From Candidatus Electronema halotolerans (lineage in GTDB: Bacteria > Desulfobacterota > Desulfobulbia > Desulfobulbales > Desulfobulbaceae): DNA of 32,000 bases. Positions 25,001 to 32,000 of this stretch are shown here, piece after piece. The notes under the pieces were generated by a model. It made no database searches and was not told where the DNA came from. It saw only the letters and a program-made list of their open reading frames with translations. The number at the start of each line of letters is the position of its first letter. Within the stretch, counting starts at the first letter, position 1. The translations under genes were made by a program, and so were the position numbers. The stretch lies in contig OW818675.1 in the NCBI GenBank assembly GCA_942493095.1, positions 3,150,001 to 3,182,000 of the forward strand, given 5' to 3'.

Positions 25001-25353
25001 AAGACAGGACTCCAGAATAAATGCGGACAGACCGGGTAAAAATGGTCTGCCGGAACGGGATTGCAGGAAAAACAGGCCAGACTGAGTCATTCAATATGAA
25101 TCGAGAAATAAGTTAAATACCATGCGTTGGCCCAAAAGTAAACAGGGAAAAGGGCAGAGATGCCTCAGCCGCGCTCTTCCGGCCTGACTGTGCTGTCAAG
25201 CGGCTTTTCTGCGCAGCAGGGCCGTTAGGTCAAAAAGCTGCTTGCGTCCCTTCCCGGCAAAATGGTAAACAAGACCGGAGCCTGCCTCAGTCTGTCGCCC
25301 CTGGCATTTTTTTGGCCAGACACGCACTTTTCATTTATCAGGAGAAACTTTTT

Positions 25354-26709
25354 ATGGCTGCTGTTGCCCCGTTCCGCGCCCTGCGCTACAACCCGGAAAA
25401 AATCACCCGGCTGGAAGATGTGATCACCCCGCCTTATGACATTATTTCTGCTGAGGACGGCGAAGAGCTGCGGCAGAAAAATCCCTATTCCATGATCAAC
25501 CTTGACCTGCGCAACACCTCGCAGGATGAGACTGAGGATGATGGCCGCTATCAGCAGGCCCGCGACCGCTTCATGTCGTGGGTGGAGGAGCAAGTTGTTG
25601 TCCGTGACCAACAGCCTGCCATTTACCTTTACGCCATTGATTATCAGCATCCCAACGGCAAAATGCTGACCCGCAAGGGCATCGTCTGTCTGGTCGGGCT
25701 GGCTGAGTTCAGCGAGGGCATCGTCCGTCCGCACGAAAAAACCTTTGCCGGGGTGATCAGCGACCGGCTCAAGCTGCTGGAGACCTGCCAAGCTCAGTTC
25801 AGCAAGGTCTTTTCCATTTATGCCGATCCGCAGCAGGAGGTGATCCGCACCTTGGAGCAGGCGCAGGAGAGCGCGCCCGTGCTGGAGGTCAAGGACAGCA
25901 ACGCCAACAATCACAGCCTCTGGCGGGTCACGGACGCGGCGGCCATTGCCACAGTGCGGCAGTTCTTTGCGAATAAGCCTGTTTATATTGCCGACGGCCA
26001 TCACCGCTACACCACGGCCTTGGAGCTGCGCCGCCGCGCTTTGGCTGCTGATCCTGATCTGCCTGCGGATGATCCGCGCAACTTCATGATGATGTATCTC
26101 TGCGGCTGCGAGGATCCGGGCCTGTCTGTCCTGCCCACCCACCGCCTTGTCCGCTGGCCCGGCACGATGAGCGCGGACCTGCTGGCTGACAAGCTGCGGA
26201 CAGAGCTGACTGTCACCGAAGTCACGCAGAGCAGCCGGGAGAGCCTGATGGCTGAGACTTTCAACCGGATGGACGAGGCGGCAGCCAGCGGCCTGCCCGC
26301 CTTTGGGGTTTATCATGCCGGAGAGAACCGCGCCTTCCTGCTGACCTCGGCCAAGGAGACCCTTGCCAGCTTGGCCGACAAGCCGGAGGTGCTGCGCAGC
26401 TTGGATGTGGTGGTGCTGTCAGAGGTGCTGCTGGGCCGCTGTCTTGGCCTCAGCCATGAGCAGTGCGCCAAGGGCAGGCTGATCAGCTACTTGAGCGACC
26501 CGGATGAGGCCCTCGATGCGGCGGTCAAGGAGAGCGTCAATGACGGCCATACCCCACTGCTCTTCCTGCTCAATCCGACCAAAGTTGAGCAGGTGCTGCG
26601 GGTGGCGGACAGCGGCGAGATCATGCCCCACAAATCCACCTTCTTTTATCCAAAAATCCTCACTGGCCTGCTGATCAGGAAGCTGGATGAGGCCGTGCCG
26701 CTGCCATAG
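25354..26709 (+). CDS. DUF1015 family protein
   Basis: FRALRYNPEK, ITPPYDIIS and IADGHHRY are signatures I associate with DUF1015. AGGAGA SD lies 8 nt upstream of the trimmed start. Confidence 0.85.
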   Translation: MAAVAPFRALRYNPEKITRLEDVITPPYDIISAEDGEELRQKNPYSMINLDLRNTSQDETEDDGRYQQARDRFMSWVEEQVVVRDQQPAIYLYAIDYQHPNGKMLTRKGIVCLVGLAEFSEGIVRPHEKTFAGVISDRLKLLETCQAQFSKVFSIYADPQQEVIRTLEQAQESAPVLEVKDSNANNHSLWRVTDAAAIATVRQFFANKPVYIADGHHRYTTALELRRRALAADPDLPADDPRNFMMMYLCGCEDPGLSVLPTHRLVRWPGTMSADLLADKLRTELTVTEVTQSSRESLMAETFNRMDEAAASGLPAFGVYHAGENRAFLLTSAKETLASLADKPEVLRSLDVVVLSEVLLGRCLGLSHEQCAKGRLISYLSDPDEALDAAVKESVNDGHTPLLFLLNPTKVEQVLRVADSGEIMPHKSTFFYPKILTGLLIRKLDEAVPLP

Positions 26710-26731
26710 CAGCTTCCTGCTGCGGGGCTGA

Positions 26732-26932
26732 CACGGCAATCGCCGCCAGGGAACCTCCCCTGATCTCATTGACAACTGCCCGTACATCTACAACCCGCAG
26801 CAGGAGGACAGCGACAAGGATCATATCGGCGATGTCTGCGACAACTGCCCGCTCGTCGCCAACATAAATCAGAAGGACAGCGACCGGGACGGCGTGGGCG
26901 ATGCCTGCTGCGAGCTGCTGCTGAAACATTAG
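26732..26932 (+). pseudogene. startless relic encoding two thrombospondin type-3 (calcium-binding) repeats
   Basis: The frame opens right after a TGA at 26729-31. It reads ...[47 protein letters not shown]...* with no ATG and no usefully placed GTG or TTG. Confidence 0.6.
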
Positions 26933-26971
26933 CAGTTGAGGCCAGCAGCCCGCCGTTGTGTCGCAAGGAAA

Positions 26972-27012
26972 CAAAAAAGGCACCTCCTTTCCAAGAGATG
27001 CCTTCCTTTTTG
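26972..27012. terminator. bidirectional rho-independent terminator
   Basis: AAAAAA-AAGGCACCTC-CTTTCCAA-GAGATGCCTT-CCTTTTT: a 10-bp stem with one mismatch, an A-run on one side and a T-run on the other. It sits between convergent transcription units. Confidence 0.7.
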
Positions 27013-27031
27013 CAATGTCGTTTGACCGTCC

Positions 27032-28114
27032 TTATTCAACCGTATTGCTCTCCTCCTGCGGAACAGGCGGCGCAGCATCTGCCGGTTCTTGCGAAGGAGC
27101 AACGTTGCTTTCCTGTGCTGCCGGAACTGGAGAAGTCTGCTCTGCTTGCTCTGTCTGCCCTGAAGGAGCAGCGGCAGGAACTGATGCAGCCTCCGCCTTC
27201 TTCACCAGCAAACTCTCCCGCTTCACCTTGGTCAGCTCCTCAGCCTGCCACTTGCCGACCTTGAAATACAGCTCGCTGTTCGACATCTTGAGGACATACT
27301 CATCCTTGTCCTTGGCTAAGTTATACGTCACTGTGCTGCCGTCATTCTTAGTAACGACAAACTGCACAGCCGGGGCCTGCTGGAAGAGCGGGGCCGCTTT
27401 CGCCGGATCAAGCACGGCCTCGACACTCAGGCCGGTGATCGTGTTGAGCAGCTTGTCCACCTCATCCTTGGAGGCTTCGCCCTCCGCCGCGCCGTCCAAG
27501 AGCCAGTCCTTGTCCTTGCGGGTCAGGGAAATATCCCCTGTCGTCACCTGCTTCAGCTCCTCCCGGTTCAGGCGGGCAACGGTCTTATCCAACCAGCCGT
27601 CTGCTGTCGCCTCTGCGTCAAAGTCGCTGACCGGAATGGTGAAGACCGCAGCCTGCCCATTGACGCGGGCGTAGCTCTGCCGCAGTCCTGCCGACTTGCC
27701 GAGATAGAAATCAGCAACGATCTTGTCGCCTTCCTTGAAGACGAGATGGCGGTTGAAGTCCTTGTCCGCTGTCTGGAAGCGTTTGGCCGCCCCCTCAGTC
27801 GAGGCCACAGCCAGCCCTTGCTTGGCTGCCGCGATTTTCTTCAGCAGACTTTCAACCTGGCTGCTGTTCGCAGGCGCGGAAAAAGCATCCGGCAGCAGCC
27901 AGCTCTTGTCCTTTTTGCGCAGAGTGACCTTCTTGCCGTCGCCCGCGCTGATCTGCACCGTGCTGATCTTGTCAGGACTGAAGGCAAGGAAAAGGGCGTT
28001 CGGCTGGGCCGCATTCAGGCCGGAGCTGCTGCGCACTTGCAAGAAAAGAGCCGCGCCCAGTTGGAGAACAAGCAGGGCCGCTGCCGCATATATCAGACGT
28101 TGAATCATGGTCAT
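27032..28114 (-). CDS. DUF4340-like membrane-anchored protein, last gene of the GldG-type ABC cluster
   Basis: Single N-terminal TM (IYAAAALLVLQLGAALFL), repetitive beta-rich body, Pro/Ala/Gln/Glu low-complexity tail. GGGAGGG SD. ATGA overlap with the upstream gene. The family call rests mainly on context. Confidence 0.65.
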   Translation of the reverse strand: MTMIQRLIYAAAALLVLQLGAALFLQVRSSSGLNAAQPNALFLAFSPDKISTVQISAGDGKKVTLRKKDKSWLLPDAFSAPANSSQVESLLKKIAAAKQGLAVASTEGAAKRFQTADKDFNRHLVFKEGDKIVADFYLGKSAGLRQSYARVNGQAAVFTIPVSDFDAEATADGWLDKTVARLNREELKQVTTGDISLTRKDKDWLLDGAAEGEASKDEVDKLLNTITGLSVEAVLDPAKAAPLFQQAPAVQFVVTKNDGSTVTYNLAKDKDEYVLKMSNSELYFKVGKWQAEELTKVKRESLLVKKAEAASVPAAAPSGQTEQAEQTSPVPAAQESNVAPSQEPADAAPPVPQEESNTVE

Positions 28115-31020
28115 ACCCTCCCAGAAATCGGTTGCAGAAAGGCGAGTTGCGCCCGCTTGGTCCGCTGCTGGAGCTGCTGCCTGATCAGCCAGATCAGAGC
28201 CAGTCCGAGCAGGGCCAAGGCATAATTGAGATACTCAATGACCATCTGCTTCTGCTTGCTCATCGGCGCAAGGGTGCGGGAGAAATGGCCGCGTCCCCGG
28301 ATGGCGAGCAGACCCCGGTCTTCGAGCGACCAGTCAACCGCATTGGCCGCAAGCTGCACCGGAGCTAAATAACTGCTGCGCATGACGCTGGAGCTGATGC
28401 CAAGAATCGGGTCGCTGAGGAAACTGCTGGAGGCAAAGAGAATGATCCGGGCTGTGTCTGGCGACTTGTCCAACTGGCGGATGATCACCTGTTCTTTTTT
28501 CTCCTTGTCATCCTTTTTATCACCATCTGATTTCGGCTTTTCCTCGGCCTTGTCATCCTGTTGCAGCAAGGGCGAGGGTTTGCCAGCAAAATAGGAAGCA
28601 AAGCTGCCTTCCACTGCCGCTGCCAGCAGATGCTTTTCCTGTTTGCCCTCAATCGCAAAGCCCAAGTCAGGGTAGCGGTCAAAATCCGGCTGAATCTCAG
28701 TGGAAGAGGAAAGCCAGCTCTTGTCCGAGCTTTCCAGGAGGCGGATGACCTTGCGGCCTTTGTTCTTGGCCTGATCAATGCTGATCGGCGAGGCCCAGTT
28801 CAGGGTGATTTGATTCAGGCCGACTGTGAGACCGCTGTCCTCGTTCATGCCATCCGGGCGGATGTCAGCAAAATACGGATACTTGACTAAATGCGTCTCG
28901 CGCACCGTGAAGCCGCCGATCTGCCGCTCCGCAGGCACTGGAAAGGGACTGTTCTGCAGATCAAGCACCAGCTTTTTATCCATACTGATGCCGTAATGGG
29001 CCAGCCAGTCTTCCAGCCCGGTTTTTTCCGGGGCAATGGACAAAGCACCGTCCAAATTGATCTTATAGGGCGAGGCGGCAATGATCACCGTGCCGCCCTG
29101 CATGAGGAACTGATCAACCGCAAAAAGCTGCTGCTCGTCCAGATTTTCCGGCGCAGCCAGAAGCAGCAGGTCAGCCTCGCTCGGCACCTGACCTTTGCGC
29201 AAATCCGTGTCTTTGACGACATGCTCCTGCGAGAGCACATCCTTCAACGCAGTAAAGGGGAGACCATGTCCCGGCATCCCGAACTGGGGCATGGGCGGAC
29301 TGCTCTCCGGCACGTTCAGAGCCACGGTCTTGGCAAAACCGCTGGCAAAACGCTTCAGCCCGGCTTGCAAGGACTGGCGCAGGCTTTCTTTGGCCAAATC
29401 GTCGGGCAGGGGAATTTCCAGCACCTGCTCGCCGCTGGCCAAGGTGATGTAGAACCAGAAGGTGTTCCGGTCAAAAAGACTGGCGGTCATGGGCTGGAAG
29501 CCGAATTCCTCCTTGATTTTCTGAGCTGTCTTGCCGTTGTCCGCATCCGGGTCAGCCACGCTGTAGCTGAAGCGGCCATTGCTTTCTGCTTTCAAATCCT
29601 TGGCCAGATCAAGCAGATCAGCCTTGAGCTTGCGCAGCTCCTCCGGCAGCAGCTCATCAGGTGAGAAATAGCCGGTCAGGGTCACGGGCTTGCTGATCGA
29701 GCTGAACAGGTCGCCGCCGCCTTGGTAACTGTAGAGTACCTTCTTGATGGCCCGCGTGATGTCATACTCAGGGTTGCGCAGGTCAACATCAAGATTGCGC
29801 TCGTCCTGGGCCTTGACTTCGATGAGGTCGCGGAAGCCGAGCGTCTCAAACTGGTCGCCGTAACGAATCAAGATGTCAAAATAGGAGTTAGTGACCGAGG
29901 CCTGATACTTGCTCGCGGTCTGGAAGGGCACAGGCTGGATGCCGTACTTCTGGCCTGCTTCCTTTTCCAAGTCCGGGTGTTCTGCTGGATCAACAAATTC
30001 CACCCGCACCTTGTCGCCGCCTGCGACAGCGTATTCTGCCAGCAGGTCGCGCAGACGCGGCACCAAGGGAGCCAGCAAAGGATGGGTCTGGGCCGAGAAA
30101 TAGCCTCGGATCAGCAGCGGCTCGCGGAGCTGGTGGAGATAGCTGCGCGTGGCCTCAGAAATGGAATAGATATGCCCCTTGGTTATGTCAGCGCGGATGC
30201 TGTTGAGCGGGGCCAGCCAGAAGTTGGCTGCCAAGAAGTTGGCAATCAGCAGGCCGATGGCGATTTGCCAGCTCTTATGATGGCTGCTGGTTGGATTGTC
30301 CGCCCAGCGGATTTTCTCCAAGCCGTAGATGTTGAGGCTGAGAAAAATTGCCGTGATGCAGATATAATAGTAAATATCGCGCAGGTCGATCACCCCGCGT
30401 GTGATGGATTTGAAGCGCGAGCCGGAGCCGAGCAGTTGCAGGAGTTCCGCGCCTTGGTTGCCAAAAAAGGCGGACAGGGTGTCAGAACCTATCATGTAAA
30501 GCAGGCCGCAGATCAGCGACGCAGCGATCAGGCTGACAATCTGGCTCTCTGACTTGATGCTGACAAAAAGACCGATGGCAATGTATGCCGCAGATAGGCA
30601 GAGCGCGGCCACATAACCGCCTATAACCGGCCCCCAGTCCAGCGGCCCCAAAAAACTCACTGTGATGGCGAGCGGCAGGGTCAGGAGCAGGGCCAAGGCA
30701 ATCAGGCCGAGGCAGGCGAGAAATTTTCCCAAGACCAAAGAGAGAGGCCGCACCGGCGCGGTCAGGAGAAATTCCAAGGTTCCGGCCCGCCGTTCCTCCG
30801 CCCAGATCCGCATGGTGATGGCGGCGGAAAGAAAGATCAGCAGCACGGGCATCCACTCGAACAGCGGGCGAATGTCAGCGATATTTCTGGAGAAGAAGGT
30901 CTCAACCCAGAAAAAGACGAACAGGGAGACTGCCAAAAATGCGCCCAGGACAATAAAGGCTGCCGGACTGCTGAAAAATGCGCCAAACTCCTTTTTGGCG
31001 ACACGTAAAATCGTGCTCAT
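28111..31020 (-). CDS. ABC-2 type permease fused to a GldG-like (ABC-type uncharacterised transport system) auxiliary domain, 969 aa
   Basis: The N-terminal ~250 aa has six TM segments, starting MSTILRVAKKEFGAFFSSPAAFIVLGAFL as in ABC-2 permeases. A large extracytoplasmic region follows, ending in a C-terminal TM (YLNYALALLGLALIWLI). AAGGAGG SD. Confidence 0.8.
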   Translation of the reverse strand: MSTILRVAKKEFGAFFSSPAAFIVLGAFLAVSLFVFFWVETFFSRNIADIRPLFEWMPVLLIFLSAAITMRIWAEERRAGTLEFLLTAPVRPLSLVLGKFLACLGLIALALLLTLPLAITVSFLGPLDWGPVIGGYVAALCLSAAYIAIGLFVSIKSESQIVSLIAASLICGLLYMIGSDTLSAFFGNQGAELLQLLGSGSRFKSITRGVIDLRDIYYYICITAIFLSLNIYGLEKIRWADNPTSSHHKSWQIAIGLLIANFLAANFWLAPLNSIRADITKGHIYSISEATRSYLHQLREPLLIRGYFSAQTHPLLAPLVPRLRDLLAEYAVAGGDKVRVEFVDPAEHPDLEKEAGQKYGIQPVPFQTASKYQASVTNSYFDILIRYGDQFETLGFRDLIEVKAQDERNLDVDLRNPEYDITRAIKKVLYSYQGGGDLFSSISKPVTLTGYFSPDELLPEELRKLKADLLDLAKDLKAESNGRFSYSVADPDADNGKTAQKIKEEFGFQPMTASLFDRNTFWFYITLASGEQVLEIPLPDDLAKESLRQSLQAGLKRFASGFAKTVALNVPESSPPMPQFGMPGHGLPFTALKDVLSQEHVVKDTDLRKGQVPSEADLLLLAAPENLDEQQLFAVDQFLMQGGTVIIAASPYKINLDGALSIAPEKTGLEDWLAHYGISMDKKLVLDLQNSPFPVPAERQIGGFTVRETHLVKYPYFADIRPDGMNEDSGLTVGLNQITLNWASPISIDQAKNKGRKVIRLLESSDKSWLSSSTEIQPDFDRYPDLGFAIEGKQEKHLLAAAVEGSFASYFAGKPSPLLQQDDKAEEKPKSDGDKKDDKEKKEQVIIRQLDKSPDTARIILFASSSFLSDPILGISSSVMRSSYLAPVQLAANAVDWSLEDRGLLAIRGRGHFSRTLAPMSKQKQMVIEYLNYALALLGLALIWLIRQQLQQRTKRAQLAFLQPISGRV

Positions 31021-31035
31021 TGCGTTTTCCTCCTT

Positions 31036-31953
31036 TCAGCCGCTGATCTCGGCGAACACTGTTTCCAAGGTTCTGGTCTCAAAATGCAGGGCATAAAGCG
31101 GCCAGTTCTGCTCCTGCACTGCCTTGGCAATGGCAGCGGCAGCCTCTTTGTTGTCGATGCCGTTGTGCAGCTCCAAGGCAAAAGCACTTTTCCCGGCAGC
31201 AGCTGCCTTGGCGACCTGCGGCAGAGAGCTGAACAGCCGCAGAGCCTGCTCCTGCTCTGCCTTGGTGCTGACCAGCAGCCTGCCGCTCTGGCGCAGTTCG
31301 TCAAGACGGGCATCCAGAGCGACGCAGCCGTTTTTAATGATGATCACCCTGCCGCAAATTGCCTGCACCTCTTGGAGAATATGGGTGGAAATGATCACGG
31401 TGGCGGTCTTGGCCAGCTCGGTGATCAGGCTGCGCATCTGAAGAATCTGGGTCGGATCAAGGCCGTTGGTCGGCTCGTCAAGGATGAGGATTTCCGGCTT
31501 GTGGAGGATGGCTTGAGCCACGCCGACCCGCTGCCGGTAGCCGCGTGACAGGGTGGCAATCGGTTCTGCCGCCTTTGCCGCCAAGGCAGTGCGCTCCACT
31601 GCCTCCCGCACCAGAGCGGGCCGTTCTTTCTCGGCGATGCCGTGCAGGGCGGCGCAGTAGTCAAGATAGCCGAGAATGCTCATCTCCGCGTAAGCTGGGC
31701 AGTTTTCCGGCAGGTAGCCAATCTTTTCCTGGATTTTCCGCCGGTCACTGCTGATGCTCAGGCTGTCAATGCGGATGCTGCCTGCGGTGGGTTCCAGATA
31801 GCCAGTCATCATCTTCATGACCGTGGTCTTGCCTGCGCCGTTGTGGCCGAGCAGACCGACAATTTCACCGGGGCTGATCTCGAACGAGACATTGTTGACC
31901 GCTGTGAAGTCCCCGTATTTTCTGGTCAGTTTTTCAACGTTGATCATGGGCAA
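31036..31953 (-). CDS. ABC transporter ATP-binding protein
   Basis: Walker A GLLGHNGAGKTT, signature LSRGYRQRV, Walker B ILILDEPTNGLD. GAGGAG SD. Confidence 0.95.
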   Translation of the reverse strand: MPMINVEKLTRKYGDFTAVNNVSFEISPGEIVGLLGHNGAGKTTVMKMMTGYLEPTAGSIRIDSLSISSDRRKIQEKIGYLPENCPAYAEMSILGYLDYCAALHGIAEKERPALVREAVERTALAAKAAEPIATLSRGYRQRVGVAQAILHKPEILILDEPTNGLDPTQILQMRSLITELAKTATVIISTHILQEVQAICGRVIIIKNGCVALDARLDELRQSGRLLVSTKAEQEQALRLFSSLPQVAKAAAAGKSAFALELHNGIDNKEAAAAIAKAVQEQNWPLYALHFETRTLETVFAEISG

Positions 31954-32000
31954 TCTCCTCAGATCGTTTTGTTGAACGAAAAAGATTCCCGCTGGAAAAA

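Noticed and set aside
25302-25316. Sigma-54-like element TGGCATTTTTTTGGC about 40 nt upstream of the DUF1015 start.
   Set aside because: The GG/GC spacing fits, but the -12 element reads TGGC rather than TTGC. The sequence also forms a simple CTGGC/GCCAG hairpin. It is too weak to call.
1-32000. Scan for tRNA, rRNA or tmRNA genes, transposases, integrases and phage genes.
   Set aside because: I recognised no T-loop/acceptor-stem patterns (GGTTCGAATCC-like) outside coding sequence. No ORF carries DDE, tyrosine- or serine-recombinase motifs.

Overview
The window reads as GC-rich chromosomal DNA from a sulfate-reducing or sulfur-cycling Desulfobacterota, probably Desulfobulbales-like; this is an inference from gene content. 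All family calls rest on motifs I recognise in the ORF track, since I could run no searches. Housekeeping and energy genes are: a 1022-aa two-module HdrA-like flavo-FeS protein, pyrG-cmk, a cobalamin riboswitch ahead of a pterin-binding protein, a DUF882 peptidase, a dGTPase-like gene, a dsrT-like/dsrM/dsrK/dsrJ operon, a Prc-type S41 protease, DUF1015, and an ABC ATPase / ABC-2-GldG fusion / DUF4340 cluster. Two accessory patches interrupt this. (1) At 1-6100, a low-GC islet (vapBC plus a 1005-aa secreted mosaic protein with a FISUMP domain) is bracketed by a ~1.5-kb direct duplication of the 3' half of the hdrA-like gene. The displaced copy is still an open frame and differs from the intact copy almost only at synonymous sites. 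(2) At 10500-11400, a higBA-type cassette lies between two arrays of 22-23-bp-periodic mini-palindromes that share a 26-nt perfect core. Other points worth a second look: a strongly SD-led 52-aa Cys-rich micro-ORF that is the first cistron after the B12 riboswitch, a dsrMKJ operon that terminates without dsrOP, and a startless thrombospondin-type-3 repeat relic. I found no CRISPR array, tRNA, rRNA, transposase or integrase. I cannot point to a clear multi-gene system of obviously new function. The hdrA duplication/islet and the repeat-flanked TA cassette are the strongest candidates.
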